A stretch of 53,760 bases of DNA, from the NCBI GenBank assembly GCA_021731625.1, contig JAKFXC010000042.1:640-54399 (forward strand), in the 5' to 3' direction. Below the pieces are notes generated by a model. The model saw nothing but the letters and a program-made list of their open reading frames with translations. It made no database searches and had not been told where the DNA came from. Source of the DNA: Candidatus Omnitrophota bacterium. Its GTDB lineage: Bacteria > Omnitrophota > Gorgyraeia > Zapsychrales > Fredricksoniimonadaceae. A program made the position numbers and the translations under genes. Shown here piece after piece: positions 9,632-28,903 of this stretch; positions within the stretch are counted from its first letter, which is position 1, and each line of letters opens with the position of its first letter.

Positions 9632-9818
9632 CAGACTTTCTTTCGTTTAAGAGCGTTAAAATTCGGGCAATGTCCCGTCGGAAATTGCGCAGACTGGCCG
9701 GCTTTTCAACCCGCCCCATGTGGCGCTGGTTATTCAAGTCATACAAATCTTTCTTGAGTTGCTTTTCCTTGGCGGCCAATTCTTCATCAGACATAGTTTG
9801 AAATTCTTTGATCTTCAT
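9600..9818 (-). CDS. rpmC: 50S ribosomal protein L29
   Basis: RRDIARILTLLNE; GAGG RBS before ATG at 9818. Confidence 0.93.
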   Translation of the reverse strand: MKIKEFQTMSDEELAAKEKQLKKDLYDLNNQRHMGRVEKPASLRNFRRDIARILTLLNERKSDGNKRSTQAK

Positions 9819-9829
9819 AGCAACCTCAC

Positions 9830-10246
9830 TCAATGGCTCCCGCGGGTGATGAATTTGGTTTTGATGGACAATTTAAAAGCCACCAAACGCAAAATCTGTT
9901 TGGCGAAATCCTCCGGGACACCGCCCAGTTCAAAAATGACTTTGCCGCGCCGGACCACCGCCACCCAATGGTCCAAATCCCCTTTGCCTTTGCCCATGCG
10001 GGTTTCCGCCGGTTTTTTGGTGATGGATTTATGCGGGAAGGCATTGATCCATAATTTTCCAGTGCCGCGCAGTTTGCGGGCGACCACCACGCGGGACGCT
10101 TCCAGTTGCCGGGCCGGTAAGAATCCATTGGCAATGGCTTTCAATCCGTATTCGCCAAAATGCATCTGGCTCCCGGAAACGGCAATGCCGCGGGACTTTC
10201 CTTTTTGGCTTTTGCGGTACTTGACTCTTTTGGGCATGAGCAACAT
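9830..10246 (-). CDS. rplP: 50S ribosomal protein L16
   Basis: MLLMPKRVKYRK, KPAETRMGKGKG. Confidence 0.98.
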   Translation of the reverse strand: MLLMPKRVKYRKSQKGKSRGIAVSGSQMHFGEYGLKAIANGFLPARQLEASRVVVARKLRGTGKLWINAFPHKSITKKPAETRMGKGKGDLDHWVAVVRRGKVIFELGGVPEDFAKQILRLVAFKLSIKTKFITRGSH

Positions 10247-10250
10247 ACAA

Positions 10251-10991
10251 TTACCTCAAATTTTCTGGCGGAGCCGCCGGCACGGTCTGGCTGTTGCCCG
10301 TTGCCGCTGCTTCCGCTTGCGCGGCCAAGGCCTGGGCCTCTATTTCTTCCTGATCTTTAATGACATCGCCCTTATAAATCCAGACTTTGACGCCCAGCAA
10401 ACCGTAGGTGGTGTGGGCCTCGGCAAATCCAAAATCAATGTCGGCGCGCAAGGTTTGCAGCGGGATTTTGCCTTCATAATATTTTTCGGACCGGGCCATG
10501 TCTGCGCCGCCTAAACGTCCGGCGCAACGGATCTTGATGCCCTTGGCTCCGGAAGCGCGGGACTGCTCAATGGCGCGCTTCATGGCGCGGCGAAAGGCCA
10601 CGCGTTTCTCAAGCTGAAAAGCCACGCCTTGGGCCACCAACTGGGCATCGAGATTAGGGTTCTTGATCTCCTGGATGTCGACGACGATCTTGTCCATATC
10701 TTTCTTGCTGATGTCTTTAAGCTCAGCCCGTAAGCGGTCAATGTCCGCGCCCCGGCGTCCGATGATGACACCTGGCCGGGCGGTATGGATACGGACTTTG
10801 ATTTGTTCGGCCAATCGCTCGATGACGATCATGGACACCGCGGCCTGCACGAATTTCTTGCGGATGTACTGGCGGATCCGATTGTCCTCCTGCACGTTCT
10901 TCGCATACTCTTTGCGTTCGGCAAACCACAAGCTGCGCCAGTTTTTAGTGTATCCGAGCCTTAAAACCAATGGATGAACTTTCTGTCCCAC
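10251..10991 (-). CDS. rpsC: 30S ribosomal protein S3
   Basis: GQKVHP, RPGVIIGRRG, GRLGGA, PLQTLRADID; GTG start. Confidence 0.98.
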   Translation of the reverse strand: MGQKVHPLVLRLGYTKNWRSLWFAERKEYAKNVQEDNRIRQYIRKKFVQAAVSMIVIERLAEQIKVRIHTARPGVIIGRRGADIDRLRAELKDISKKDMDKIVVDIQEIKNPNLDAQLVAQGVAFQLEKRVAFRRAMKRAIEQSRASGAKGIKIRCAGRLGGADMARSEKYYEGKIPLQTLRADIDFGFAEAHTTYGLLGVKVWIYKGDVIKDQEEIEAQALAAQAEAAATGNSQTVPAAPPENLR

Positions 10992-11030
10992 GCGTCCCCC
11001 CGTTTATTCTATTGCATATGTGATAACGGT

Positions 11031-11053
11031 GCCTGCCGCCGAGAGCGGCAGGC
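11031..11053. repeat. GC-rich hairpin (REP-like) between rplV and rpsC
   Basis: gcctgccgc-cgaga-gcggcaggc, perfect 9-bp stem, no U-tract. Confidence 0.55.
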
Positions 11054-11055
11054 GT

Positions 11056-11400
11056 TTACACTTTCTTGTTTGTCTTGGTGTCCAATTCAATGATCAAATG
11101 TGTTGTGCGTCGCAAAATCGGTGTGGCTCGTCCGAATGACGCCGCCCGGAACCGCTTCCAGGACCCGCCGTGGTTGGCCGTGATGCGGGAAATATACAGC
11201 TGGTCCTCGGCCAGGCCTTTTTGTTTGGCGTTCTGGACGGCTGAATCAAAAACTTTTTTGACGTGGTCCACGCTACCTTTGCGCAATTGGGCCAGAATGG
11301 CGGATGAGGTCGGCACGTCCTTGCCGCGCAACACGTCAATCACCTGACGCATTTTCATCGATGATACCCGCAAATATTTTCCCGAAGCTTTGGCAATCAT
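11056..11400 (-). CDS. rplV: 50S ribosomal protein L22
   Basis: KMRQVIDVLRGK, SAVQNA, GRATPILRRTTH. Confidence 0.95.
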   Translation of the reverse strand: MIAKASGKYLRVSSMKMRQVIDVLRGKDVPTSSAILAQLRKGSVDHVKKVFDSAVQNAKQKGLAEDQLYISRITANHGGSWKRFRAASFGRATPILRRTTHLIIELDTKTNKKV

Positions 11401-11406
11401 AGGTCC

Positions 11407-11694
11407 CTATTTCTTCTGCATGGCTTTCTTGGCTTTTACCCCGCCGTGGGCTTTAAACGTGCGGGTGGACACAAAGTCCCCTAATTTGAGTCCCACCATG
11501 TTCTCGGTAACAAACACCGGCACATGCTTGCGTCCGTCATAAACGGCAAATGTGTATCCCACGAAATTGGGGATGATGGTGGAACGCCGCGACCAGGTTT
11601 TGATCGGCTGGCGCTGGGCCACCGCAGCGGCTTTGTCAAACCGGCGCATCAATGAATCTTCAACATACGCACCTTTTTTAATGGAACGCGGCAT
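11407..11694 (-). CDS. rpsS: 30S ribosomal protein S19
   Basis: [23 protein letters not shown]. Confidence 0.97.
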   Translation of the reverse strand: MPRSIKKGAYVEDSLMRRFDKAAAVAQRQPIKTWSRRSTIIPNFVGYTFAVYDGRKHVPVFVTENMVGLKLGDFVSTRTFKAHGGVKAKKAMQKK

Positions 11695-11696
11695 GT

Positions 11697-12536
11697 TTAT
11701 TTTCCTCTTCTTCGAACAATCAGGTGATCAGAATATTTTCGCTTCTTACGGGTCTTAAATCCTTTGGTCGGTTTACCCCAGGGCGTCACCGGATGCGGGT
11801 TGCCCTGCGGTGCTTTGCCTTCCCCGCCGCCGTGCGGATGGTCCACCGGGTTCATGACCACGCCGCGCGATTGGGGTTTACGCCCCAGCCAGCGGTTGCG
11901 TCCGGCCTTGCCGATTTGGACGGTTTCATTTTCCACATTGCTCAGTTGTCCTATGGTGGCACGGCAATCGACGGAAACTTTACGCACCTCGGAAGACGGC
12001 AGGCGCACATGCGCCACTTCGCCTTCGCGGGCAATGAGCTGCGCAGAAGCACCGGCGGAACGGACCATTTGCCCCCCTTTGCCAGGCTTAATTTCAATGT
12101 TGTGAACAGCGGTGCCGAGCGGAATCTTCAGCAACGGCATGCAGTTGCCGGCTTTGATCTCGACATCCCCGTTATTGGTGCTGATGATGCTCTCCCCCAC
12201 TTTTAAATCCAGCGGGGCTAAAATGTAGGATTTGTTTTGATTGCTCGTGTATTGGATTAACGCAATGCGGCAGGTGCGATTCGGGTCATATTCGATGGCT
12301 AAGACAGTGGCCGGATCATCAATGTGGTCGCGCTTAAAATCAATCAATCTGTACATGCGTTTATGGCCCGCGCCGCGATGGCGCGCGGTTTTGCGGCCAT
12401 AGTTATTGCGTCCGCCTGATCCTTTCAGAGGGACCAGCAAAGCTTTTTCAGGTTTGCCTTTGGTGATTTCGGCAAAATCCGGCAAAGCTGCATGTCGAAG
12501 ACCGCCGGTGATTGGTTTAAAACGTTTTATACCCAT
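11697..12536 (-). CDS. rplB: 50S ribosomal protein L2
   Basis: [20 protein letters not shown]. Confidence 0.99.
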   Translation of the reverse strand: MGIKRFKPITGGLRHAALPDFAEITKGKPEKALLVPLKGSGGRNNYGRKTARHRGAGHKRMYRLIDFKRDHIDDPATVLAIEYDPNRTCRIALIQYTSNQNKSYILAPLDLKVGESIISTNNGDVEIKAGNCMPLLKIPLGTAVHNIEIKPGKGGQMVRSAGASAQLIAREGEVAHVRLPSSEVRKVSVDCRATIGQLSNVENETVQIGKAGRNRWLGRKPQSRGVVMNPVDHPHGGGEGKAPQGNPHPVTPWGKPTKGFKTRKKRKYSDHLIVRRRGK

Positions 12537-12550
12537 AAGTGTTCGCTAAA

Positions 12551-12829
12551 CTAGCGCCCCTCGATCTTTTGTCCCTCGTTGAGAGTGACGATGGCCTTTT
12601 TCCAACCGGTCGTGTATCCGGCCTTGAAACGGACGCGTTTTAATTTTCCTTGCACGGCCGTGGTGTTGACGTCCTGGACTTTGACTTTATAAATTTCTTC
12701 GACCGCGCGTTTGATGTCGATTTTGGTGGCGTCCTCGGAAACGCGGAAGGTGTATTTGCGCTGGGATTCCAGGGAAGTCCCTTTTTCGGTACGCACCAAA
12801 GCTTTTAAAATGTCGTAACAGGTAATCAT
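12551..12829 (-). CDS. rplW: 50S ribosomal protein L23
   Basis: [22 protein letters not shown]. Confidence 0.97.
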   Translation of the reverse strand: MITCYDILKALVRTEKGTSLESQRKYTFRVSEDATKIDIKRAVEEIYKVKVQDVNTTAVQGKLKRVRFKAGYTTGWKKAIVTLNEGQKIEGR

Positions 12830-13449
12830 TGGATTCTCTTCAGTAAATGCTGCAAAGCAGGTTTAGTCACTAAGATGTTCTTATTGCTCAAAATGTCCCT
12901 GGCATTGACATCCGAGGCGCGGCCGAGGGTGAGCAACCGGATGTTGCGGCTGGCCAACATCACTTTGTTGTCCGCGCCCTCGAGCACGACTAAGATGCGA
13001 CCTTGCAATTTCAACCCCGCCAGCATGGCAGCGAAGTCTTTGGTTTTCCCCGACGCGACATCGAATTTTTCAACACACACCAACTCATTGCTTAAAAATT
13101 TGGCATTCAAGGACTCGCGCAAGGCAGCGATTTTGACTTTGCGCGGCACGTCATAGGAAAAATCCCGCGGCCTCGGTCCAAACGCGATGCCGCCTTTTTT
13201 CCATAACGGTGAACGGGAGGAGCCGGCCCGGGCCCGCCCGGTGCCTTTTTGACGCCATGGCTTCTTGCCCCCGCCGGAAACCTCCGAACGGTCTTTGGTG
13301 GAGGCGTTCCCCTGACGCTCATTGGCGTTGTACATGACCAGAGCTTGGTGAATAACCGCACCCTGCACATGCACCCCGAACTGCTCGTTGGGCAGGTTGA
13401 TGCTATCGGCTTTTTTCCCTTGACTGTCGAGCACTGTTAATTCAGGCAT
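12826..13449 (-). CDS. rplD: 50S ribosomal protein L4
   Basis: [27 protein letters not shown]. Confidence 0.98.
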   Translation of the reverse strand: MPELTVLDSQGKKADSINLPNEQFGVHVQGAVIHQALVMYNANERQGNASTKDRSEVSGGGKKPWRQKGTGRARAGSSRSPLWKKGGIAFGPRPRDFSYDVPRKVKIAALRESLNAKFLSNELVCVEKFDVASGKTKDFAAMLAGLKLQGRILVVLEGADNKVMLASRNIRLLTLGRASDVNARDILSNKNILVTKPALQHLLKRIQ

Positions 13450-14159
13450 TACTTTTTAGCTCCCACTTTGGCTTTGCTTTGCTTCATAGGATTGCGTTTG
13501 ACAGCCACCAGCTCTTTTTTCTCATCCAGAGAACGGTGCGCCTTCTTCTTGGACTTGTTAATATAGAGAAGGCCGTTTTTATGCCCGGGCACGCAGCCCT
13601 TGACTAAAATCAAATTATTGTCCATGTCCACGCGCATGACCCGCAGGCTCTGCACCGTGGTGGTCTGATGCCCCATGTGGCCCGGCATGTGCTGGCCCTT
13701 GTACACACGCGAAGGGTCGGAGCTGGAACCGATGGAACCCACCCGGCGGTGATGCATGGACCCGTGCGCCGCCGGACCCCCGCTCCAATTCCAGCGCACC
13801 ATGCCGCCTTGGAAACCTTTGCCGATCGAGGTCCCGGTGACGTCGACAAAATCGCCCGGCTGAAAAAAATCGGCCTTGATTTCCTGGCCTATCTTATAAT
13901 CTTTATTGTCCGAAGAAGCAAACTCCTTAATGTGCTTAACTGGGCCTGCGCCGCTTTTCTTCAAAAACCCTAAGACCGGTTTTTGCAAACGGCTTTCCTT
14001 GACCGGCAAATATCCCAACACCACCTTGGTCTTAGGCTTGTCCTTCAGGCTCAAAATCGTGCACGGGCCCGCCTCAACCAACGTGACCGGGATGGTATTG
14101 CCCTCATTATCGAAAATTTGGGTCATACCCAATTTTTTTCCCATTAAACCGAGAATCAT
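13449..14159 (-). CDS. rplC: 50S ribosomal protein L3
   Basis: GKKLGMTQIF, GKGFQG, HGSMHHRRVGSIG, MPGHMG. Confidence 0.98.
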   Translation of the reverse strand: MILGLMGKKLGMTQIFDNEGNTIPVTLVEAGPCTILSLKDKPKTKVVLGYLPVKESRLQKPVLGFLKKSGAGPVKHIKEFASSDNKDYKIGQEIKADFFQPGDFVDVTGTSIGKGFQGGMVRWNWSGGPAAHGSMHHRRVGSIGSSSDPSRVYKGQHMPGHMGHQTTTVQSLRVMRVDMDNNLILVKGCVPGHKNGLLYINKSKKKAHRSLDEKKELVAVKRNPMKQSKAKVGAKK

Positions 14160-14174
14160 GTGACCTCTCCCGTA

Positions 14175-14477
14175 CTACTGTTTAATCTCGACATCCACGC
14201 CGGCAGGCAAATTGAGTTTGCGCAGGGCTTCCACGGTCTTGGACGTTGGGTTCACCAGATCAATCAGCCGTTTATGCGTCGCCAACTGGAATTGCTCACG
14301 GCTCTTCTTGTCGATGACCGGCGAACGCAGCACTGTGTAAAGTTCTTTTTTCGTCGGTAGCGGGACCGGCCCCAGGACCTGGGCGCCGGTGCGTATGGCC
14401 GTGTCCACAATCTCCTGGGTTGATTGGTCAATCAACCGGTGGTCGAACGCTTTGAGTTTTATACGAATTTTTTGCAC
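14175..14477 (-). CDS. rpsJ: 30S ribosomal protein S10
   Basis: [23 protein letters not shown]; probable GTG start at 14477. Confidence 0.97.
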   Translation of the reverse strand: MQKIRIKLKAFDHRLIDQSTQEIVDTAIRTGAQVLGPVPLPTKKELYTVLRSPVIDKKSREQFQLATHKRLIDLVNPTSKTVEALRKLNLPAGVDVEIKQ

Positions 14478-14493
14478 GTTGTCTCTACGTCCT

Positions 14494-15690
14494 TTATTTG
14501 AGAACTTCTGAGATAACACCGGCACCCACGGTGCGGCCGCCTTCGCGGATGGCGAACCGCAATTCCTTCTCCATGGCGACGGGGGTGATGAGTTCCACGG
14601 TCAGCTGCACGTTGTCACCGGGCATGCACATCTCCACCCCGGCCGGTAACTCTGCTGCCCCGGTCACGTCGGTGGTGCGGAAATAAAACTGCGGACGGTA
14701 GCCCTTAAAAAACGGGGTATGACGTCCGCCCTCTTCCTTGGTCAAAATGTACACGCTGGCTTTAAATTTAGTGTGCGGGGTGATGGATCCTTTGGCCGCC
14801 AGCACCATGCCGCGTTCGATGTCTTCTTTATTAATGCCGCGCAGCAGCAGCCCCACGTTGTCGCCGGCCTGGCCGTCTTCCAACTCTTTACGGAACATTT
14901 CCACACCGGTGACTACCACAGCCTTGATGTCCGGGCGCAGGCCAATGAGGTGGACCTCGTCGTTGACCTTCACTTTGCCGCGTTCGATGCGTCCGGTGGC
15001 AACCGTGCCGCGTCCGGAAATCGAAAACACGTCTTCCACCGCCATGATAAAGGGTTTGTCCAACTCCCGCACAGGCTGGGGGATAAAGGCGTCCACCGCT
15101 GCCATTAATTCCAAAATCGGTTTGGCTTTGCCTTCGAAATCTTTGGGGTTATTTAAAGCATCCAGCGCGCTTCCCTTAATGATGGGGGTCTTTTCGCCGT
15201 CGAATTTGTATTTGGTGAGTAAGTCGCGGACTTCCAATTCCACTAAATCCAGCAATTCCGCGTCCTGCACCTGGTCGCATTTGTTCAAGAACACCACGAT
15301 CCGGGGCACGTTCACTTGGCGGGCCAGCAAAATGTGCTCGCGGGTCTGCGGCATGGGACCGTCGGTGGCGGAGACAACTAAAATGGCGCCGTCCATTTGT
15401 GCGGCGCCGGTGATCATGTTTTTGATATAGTCCGCGTGACCGGGACAGTCAATGTGCGCGTAGTGGCGGGCCTCAGTCTCGTACTCGATGTGCGAAATGT
15501 TGATGGTAACGCCGCGTTCCTTTTCTTCCGGTGCATTGTCGATGGTGTCATAGGCGCGGGCCTGGGCCAGACCTTTTTGGGACAAAACGGTGGTGATGGC
15601 CGCGGACAGGGTTGTCTTACCATGGTCGACGTGGCCGATGGTGCCAATGTTTAAATGCGGTTTATTACGATTAAATTTTTCTTTAGCCAT
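14494..15690 (-). CDS. tuf: elongation factor Tu
   Basis: [28 protein letters not shown]. Confidence 0.99.
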   Translation of the reverse strand: MAKEKFNRNKPHLNIGTIGHVDHGKTTLSAAITTVLSQKGLAQARAYDTIDNAPEEKERGVTINISHIEYETEARHYAHIDCPGHADYIKNMITGAAQMDGAILVVSATDGPMPQTREHILLARQVNVPRIVVFLNKCDQVQDAELLDLVELEVRDLLTKYKFDGEKTPIIKGSALDALNNPKDFEGKAKPILELMAAVDAFIPQPVRELDKPFIMAVEDVFSISGRGTVATGRIERGKVKVNDEVHLIGLRPDIKAVVVTGVEMFRKELEDGQAGDNVGLLLRGINKEDIERGMVLAAKGSITPHTKFKASVYILTKEEGGRHTPFFKGYRPQFYFRTTDVTGAAELPAGVEMCMPGDNVQLTVELITPVAMEKELRFAIREGGRTVGAGVISEVLK

Positions 15691-15746
15691 TGCGAAACCC
15701 TCCGTTCAGTGAGTTGTATAATATGTGTCAAATTAAAATAGATCTA

Positions 15747-17873
15747 TCAGACTTTAGCAACAGACCCACCGCCTTCTGGGTCTTGCCGATCACCGATGAT
15801 CTTTTGGGCAATACTGTTAGGAACCTGCGCGTAGTATGACGGCTCCATAGTGAATGTTGCGCGCCCTTGAGAAAGGGACCGCAGCGCATTCGCGTAGCTG
15901 AACATTTCGGCCAAAGGAACATCAGCGCGGGCGGTCTTCAATTTCCCCCGGTTGCCGAGTTCAGTGATTTTGGCCCGTCGGGTGTTCAGGTCCCCGATGA
16001 CTGAGCCCATGTAATCTTCCGGCACCACGATTTCCAACGACATGATCGGCTCCATAAACACCGAACCGGCCTTGTGCAGGGCTTCTTTTATAGCATATTT
16101 TCCTGCTAAATGGAAAGAAATTTCGTCCGAGTCCACATCATGATAAGAGCCATCGACTAAGGTCACAATAAAATCCGAGACTGGGTAACCGGCCTTGACG
16201 CCGTTTTGGGCGCCGACTTCAATGCCTTCCTTGGCGGGTTTGATAAATTCCCTGGGGATGGCCCCGCCTTTGATTTTGTCGACGAAGACCAAACCGGAAC
16301 CGGGCTCCCCCGGTTCAACATCAATGACGACGTGGCCGTACTTGCCGCGGCCGCCGCTCTGCTGCACATATTTTCCAACCACGCCGGTGACTTTCTTGGT
16401 GATGGCTTCTTTATAGGCGACTTCCGGGCGGCCCACGCTGACATCCAAATTATTTTCGCGCTTCATGCGGTCCACAATGATTTCCAAATGCAATTCGCCC
16501 ATACCAGAAATAATGGTCTGGGAGGTCTCATGATCAAATTTTACGCGCAGCGAGGGATCTTCGTCAAGGAAGCGGCGCAACACCGTTCCCATCTTGTCCT
16601 GGTCGGCTTTGGATTTCGGTTCAATGGCCAAGGACACCACAGCTTCCGGGGGTTTTAAACCTTCCAACACCGCGGGTTTTTCTTCAGAACACAGGGTCTC
16701 TCCGCTTTTGCTTTCTTTGAGGCCCACAAAAGCCACGATCTCACCGGCGGATGCCGAAGTGATGATTTCCTGTTTGTTGGAATGCATGATCACAATCTTG
16801 GCGATCTTCTCCAACTTGCCGTTGGAAGAATTCAAGTAATTCTTACCGGGGATAAATTTTCCGGAATAGATACGGGTGAAGAAAATTTTGCCGACATATT
16901 TATCGGAAGCAATTTTAAAAACCAGCCCCATGGGAGGTTCATTGTCATCGGCTTTCAGCTGAATGGTCTCTTCTTTATTGTCGGGGTTGTAGGCCTTCAT
17001 CGGTGGAATGTCCAATGGGGAAGGCAGAAAATCGATGATGGCATCCAGCAACAGCTGCACGCCTCTGTTGCGCAGCGACGTGCCGGTCAAAACGGGAATA
17101 AATTTGGAATCAATGACGGTGCGGCGGATCGCCGCCATCAGCTGTTCCTTGCTCGGCTGCTTGCCATTGATAAAAAGCTCCATCAATTCATCGTCCACTT
17201 CCGACAATCGCTCGATCAGCTCATGGCGGTATTCGTCAGTCTTTGCTTGAAATTCTGGCGGCAAGGGCAGGCGCTCAAATTCCATTCCATCCTTGTCGTG
17301 GTATTGAATGTACTGGTTGTTGATGATGTCTATCAAACCCTTGAAATTGTCTTCCGCCCCGTCGTTGTAAACAATGGCAGCGGCATTCGAACCGAAACGG
17401 TCACGCATCTCACCGATGACGCGGTCGAAATCCGCCCCTAACCGGTCGATTTTATTAACGAAAGCAATGCGGGGAACATGGTATTTATCGGCTTGGCGGT
17501 ACACGGTCTCGGTTTGCGGTTGCACGCCGGAGCAGGCACACAGAACAATGACTGCACCGTCGAGCACCTTTAATGAACGCTCCACTTCAATGGTGAAATC
17601 CACGTGCCCAGGGGTGTCGATGATATTGATGCGGTGGTCTCTCCAAAAACAGGTGGTGGCGGCGGCGGTGATGGTGATGCCGCGCTCTTGCTCCTGGGGC
17701 ATCCAGTCCATGGTGGTGTTGCCGTCGTCGATGTTGCCCATTTTATGGATGGTGCCGGTGTAATATAAAATGCGTTCCGTGGTGGTGGTCTTTCCGGCAT
17801 CGATGTGCGCGATGATGCCAATGTTCCGAAACATGCTAAGGGTGATTGTATTGGAAGAAGACATAGTTACCAT
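15747..17873 (-). CDS. fusA: elongation factor G
   Basis: AHIDAGKTT, RGITI, DTPGHVDF, GMGELHL; start may be 17864. Confidence 0.97.
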   Translation of the reverse strand: MVTMSSSNTITLSMFRNIGIIAHIDAGKTTTTERILYYTGTIHKMGNIDDGNTTMDWMPQEQERGITITAAATTCFWRDHRINIIDTPGHVDFTIEVERSLKVLDGAVIVLCACSGVQPQTETVYRQADKYHVPRIAFVNKIDRLGADFDRVIGEMRDRFGSNAAAIVYNDGAEDNFKGLIDIINNQYIQYHDKDGMEFERLPLPPEFQAKTDEYRHELIERLSEVDDELMELFINGKQPSKEQLMAAIRRTVIDSKFIPVLTGTSLRNRGVQLLLDAIIDFLPSPLDIPPMKAYNPDNKEETIQLKADDNEPPMGLVFKIASDKYVGKIFFTRIYSGKFIPGKNYLNSSNGKLEKIAKIVIMHSNKQEIITSASAGEIVAFVGLKESKSGETLCSEEKPAVLEGLKPPEAVVSLAIEPKSKADQDKMGTVLRRFLDEDPSLRVKFDHETSQTIISGMGELHLEIIVDRMKRENNLDVSVGRPEVAYKEAITKKVTGVVGKYVQQSGGRGKYGHVVIDVEPGEPGSGLVFVDKIKGGAIPREFIKPAKEGIEVGAQNGVKAGYPVSDFIVTLVDGSYHDVDSDEISFHLAGKYAIKEALHKAGSVFMEPIMSLEIVVPEDYMGSVIGDLNTRRAKITELGNRGKLKTARADVPLAEMFSYANALRSLSQGRATFTMEPSYYAQVPNSIAQKIIGDRQDPEGGGSVAKV

Positions 17874-18337
17874 CTAAGGTGGGAAAAGGCGCGGTTGGCT
17901 TCGGCCATCTTGTGCGTCTCATCACGTTTCTTGATTGCTTGCCCTTCACTTTTGTAGGCGGCGACGAGCTCCTCGCCCAATTTCACTTCCATCGGTTTGC
18001 CCTTTTTATTGCGGGCGTAATCCCTGATCCAGCGCATGGCCAAGGAAACCCCGCGGGCCGGGACCACATCGGTAGGGACCTGATAGGTCGCACCGCCAAC
18101 CCGGCGGCTTTTGACTTCCAACCGCGGCCGCACATTGTCGATGGCCTTGCTCAAGGCCTTGGCTGGATTTTCTTCACTGGTTTTTTCCTTCAAAATATCC
18201 AGGGCGCGGTACACAATATTTTCGGCAACGGTCTTCTTGCCTTCGATCATGACAATCGACACAAAGCGGGAAACCAAATCACTGTTGAATTTTGGATCGG
18301 GAACGATCTTTCTTTTTTCTGCCCTGCGACGTCTCAT
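17867..18337 (-). CDS. rpsG: 30S ribosomal protein S7
   Basis: [25 protein letters not shown]. Confidence 0.99.
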   Translation of the reverse strand: MRRRRAEKRKIVPDPKFNSDLVSRFVSIVMIEGKKTVAENIVYRALDILKEKTSEENPAKALSKAIDNVRPRLEVKSRRVGGATYQVPTDVVPARGVSLAMRWIRDYARNKKGKPMEVKLGEELVAAYKSEGQAIKKRDETHKMAEANRAFSHLRW

Positions 18338-18649
18338 TTTTTTCCTCTTTTGGCCCCATACTTGGAACGGGATTTTTTTCTGTTGGCGACCCCGGAGGTG
18401 TCTAGGGTGCCGCGCACGATGTGGTAACGCACACCGGGCAAATCCTTCACGCGCCCGCCGCGCACCAGAACAATCGAGTGCTCTTGCAAATTGTGTCCCT
18501 CTCCCGGAATGTAGGAAGTAACTTCAATCTTATTCGACAAACGCACGCGGGAAATCTTCCGCAAGGCCGAATTCGGTTTTTTGGGCGTCATGGTTTTGAC
18601 TTGCAGGCAAACCCCCCGACGCTGCGGACATCCGGTTAAGGCCGGCGAT

Positions 18650-22759
<4,110 letters not shown>

Positions 22760-22777
22760 TGGTTCTCCGAGTTTATA

Positions 22778-26242
<3,465 letters not shown>

Positions 26243-26253
26243 AATGCTCCGCT

Positions 26254-26296
26254 AAATAGGCCTGGGGATGGCAAGCCCATCCCTTTAGCTATTTTT
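26254..26296 (-). promoter_or_regulatory. stem-loop in rplL-rpoB spacer (possible attenuator/processing site)
   Basis: gggatgg-caagc-ccatccc stem with aaatag/ctattt outer pairing. Confidence 0.4.
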
Positions 26297-26319
26297 GAAG
26301 GTTATTGACGCGAAAAGAT

Positions 26320-26727
26320 TTACTTGAGCTCAACTTTTGCCCCGGCCGCTTCAAGTTTCTTCTTGAGTTCTTCGGCTTCGGCTTTGGGAACAGTCTCTTT
26401 TACGGTCTTAGGCGCAGATTCTACCAAGGCCTTGGCTTCTGCTAGACCGAGGTTGGTGGCGGCGCGGACTTCCTTGATGACCCCGATCTTTCTGGCGGCA
26501 TCGACTTCCTTGAGAATGACATCAAAGGAGGTCTTTTCCTCCGCAGGTGCTGCGGCTGCGGCAGGTGCCCCACCAGCGGCCATGGCAACGGGAGCAGCGG
26601 CCTGGATTCCCAGTCTGTTTTCCATCGCCTTGACGAGTTCAGCGAGTTCCAAGACAGTCAAGGTGGTCACTTCCTTGTAAATCCCCTCTAATTTAGGAGA
26701 AAGTTCTTTAACGGCTGTTTCAGACAT
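26320..26727 (-). CDS. rplL: 50S ribosomal protein L7/L12
   Basis: [29 protein letters not shown]; start MSETAV after GGAGGG. Confidence 0.97.
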   Translation of the reverse strand: MSETAVKELSPKLEGIYKEVTTLTVLELAELVKAMENRLGIQAAAPVAMAAGGAPAAAAAPAEEKTSFDVILKEVDAARKIGVIKEVRAATNLGLAEAKALVESAPKTVKETVPKAEAEELKKKLEAAGAKVELK

Positions 26728-26731
26728 TGCA

Positions 26732-27253
26732 CTACCCTCCCTTTTCACTTTTCTGTTGTAAAATTGACATGAAGTCCCGAGTTTTGGCACTTAAAGCACC
26801 GGCGAAACGGGTGGCCGGCGCCGAAATAGTCCCTAAAAATTTGGTCAATAGCACGGTCCTGGACGGCAAATCGGACAAGGTTTGGATTTGGTCACGGGTC
26901 AAGATGCTGCCGTCTAAGACTCCACCCTGGACAATAAAGCCTTCAAACTCCTTGGCGAATTTGACCAAGATTTTAGAAATTTCCGAGGCATCGGCATTGC
27001 TTAAGACCAATGCGGTCTGGCCCTGCATCAGATCAGCCAGCGATTCCAAGTTGGCTTGCTTAAAGGCCACCCGCGACACCGAGGTCTTGGAAACCATGAC
27101 ATCGGCCTGCTTACGTTTTAAATCCTTGCGCAGGGTATTCATTTTGGCGGAGGAGACCCCGCGGAAACTCACGACAAAGGTATTGCTTTTGGTGCTGACG
27201 CCTTCCTTGATGGAAGAGGCCATTTTTTTGCGGTATTGTTCTCCGACTTTCAT
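26732..27253 (-). CDS. rplJ: 50S ribosomal protein L10
   Basis: Position between rplA and rplL; LRKDL, LSDLPSR. Confidence 0.93.
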   Translation of the reverse strand: MKVGEQYRKKMASSIKEGVSTKSNTFVVSFRGVSSAKMNTLRKDLKRKQADVMVSKTSVSRVAFKQANLESLADLMQGQTALVLSNADASEISKILVKFAKEFEGFIVQGGVLDGSILTRDQIQTLSDLPSRTVLLTKFLGTISAPATRFAGALSAKTRDFMSILQQKSEKGG

Positions 27254-27933
27254 ATCGCCACCTTTATGCCTGGCCCCATAGTGGATGCCACCGATAAACT
27301 TTTGATGAGATTGCCTTTGACCGCCGCTGGTTTGGCGTGGTTGATGGCTTCGATGACTTGCTGGGCATTTTCGAGGAGGTTGTTTTCTGTGAACGAACGT
27401 TTGCCGATGCCTAAATGGATGCCGCCCTGTTTATCGGATTTAAATTCCACCCGTCCGGCTTTCACTTCCCTTATGGTACGCTCAACATCCGTGGTGACGG
27501 TGCCGGCTTTGGGAGTGGGCATGAGGCCCCGCGGACCTAACACTTTACCAAGTTTGCTTAAATCGCGCATCATGTCCGGGGTGGCGATGACCACATCAAA
27601 ATTCATAAACCCGCCGCTGACTTTTTCAATCAAGTCAGTGCCGCCCACATGCTCAGCTCCGGCGGCTTGGGCCTTGGCCACGGCATCGCCTTTGCAGAAC
27701 ACCGCAACTTTGACCGCTTTGCCTGAACCATGCGGCAATGCCACGGTGCCGCGCACGCCCTGGTCAGACGACTTTAAATCCAGGTTCAAATGGAAATGCA
27801 GCTCCACGGTTTCATCGAATTTCACTTTGGGGGCCTTGGACAGCCGGTTGATGGCGTCCGGGAGAGGCAGCGGACTGAGCACCTCGCCCACCGCTTTTTG
27901 GACTTCCTTCATGCGTTTGCTTAAATGTGGCAT
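27250..27933 (-). CDS. rplA: 50S ribosomal protein L1
   Basis: KFDETVE, LPHGSGK, LGPRGLMP.PK.GTV, STMGPG. Confidence 0.98.
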   Translation of the reverse strand: MPHLSKRMKEVQKAVGEVLSPLPLPDAINRLSKAPKVKFDETVELHFHLNLDLKSSDQGVRGTVALPHGSGKAVKVAVFCKGDAVAKAQAAGAEHVGGTDLIEKVSGGFMNFDVVIATPDMMRDLSKLGKVLGPRGLMPTPKAGTVTTDVERTIREVKAGRVEFKSDKQGGIHLGIGKRSFTENNLLENAQQVIEAINHAKPAAVKGNLIKSLSVASTMGPGIKVAI

Positions 27934-27936
27934 ATG

Positions 27937-28362
27937 TTATCCTTTGACTTCAATCCCCATGGACCGGGCAGTGCCGGCGATGGTAATGATCGCTTGTTTA
28001 AGATCGACGGTGTTCAAATCGTCCATCTTCATTTTGGCGATCTCCTCCACCTGTTTGGCGGTCAGGCTGCCGATGGTTTCCTTGCCGGCGGTGCCGGAGG
28101 CCTTGGCCAACTTGGCCGTCTTTTTGATCAGCGCTGACGTGGGTGGAGTCTTAATGATAAAATCAAATGATTTATCTTTGTAAACGGTGATGATGACCGG
28201 CAAAGGCAACGGGTCTTTGCCCTTGGTCTTGTCGTTAAAACTCTTGCAAAACATCATGATGTTGACGCCGTGCTGGCCTAACGCGGGGCCGATCGGCGGC
28301 GCCGGGTTGGCCTGTCCAGCTGGAACATACAATCTGATTTGGGCTATTGCTTCTTTTGCCAT
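27937..28362 (-). CDS. rplK: 50S ribosomal protein L11
   Basis: [22 protein letters not shown]. Confidence 0.98.
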   Translation of the reverse strand: MAKEAIAQIRLYVPAGQANPAPPIGPALGQHGVNIMMFCKSFNDKTKGKDPLPLPVIITVYKDKSFDFIIKTPPTSALIKKTAKLAKASGTAGKETIGSLTAKQVEEIAKMKMDDLNTVDLKQAIITIAGTARSMGIEVKG

Positions 28363-28372
28363 ACGGCCTTCC

Positions 28373-28903
28373 TTATATTTTCTCTACCTGCCAATATTCC
28401 AGTTCCACCAATGTCGAACGTCCAAAAATCGATACACTCACTTTTAATTTGCCGCGGTCGGGATATACTTCCATGACCGATCCGTTGAAATTCGCAAACG
28501 GCCCTTGGGCAATGCGCACCGCCTCGCCAACTTCAAAAACAATCTTCGGGGAAGGTTTACTCTCGGTTTCCTGCGTGCGTTTTAAAATATTATCCACTTC
28601 CGTGTCGGTGAGCGGCTGCGGCTGGCGGCCAGGCCCTATAAAGCCGGTGATTCCCGGCGTGGTCTTGACCAAATACCAGCTTTCTTTGTTCATGTCCATC
28701 TTGATGAGCAAATACCCCGGAAAAAACTTGCGGGTGGTGATGCGCTTTTTACCGCCCCGGACCTCGGAGACCTGTTCGGTGGGGACGACCACTTCACCCA
28801 CGAATTGCTTCAAAGGCGTGGTGGCCATGCGGCTTTCCAAGCCCGCCCTGGCCCTCTCTTCCGCACCGGTCTGCGTATGGACAACATACCACTTCATGCT
28901 CAT
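28373..28903 (-). CDS. nusG: transcription elongation factor NusG
   Basis: [26 protein letters not shown]. Confidence 0.98.
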   Translation of the reverse strand: MSMKWYVVHTQTGAEERARAGLESRMATTPLKQFVGEVVVPTEQVSEVRGGKKRITTRKFFPGYLLIKMDMNKESWYLVKTTPGITGFIGPGRQPQPLTDTEVDNILKRTQETESKPSPKIVFEVGEAVRIAQGPFANFNGSVMEVYPDRGKLKVSVSIFGRSTLVELEYWQVEKI

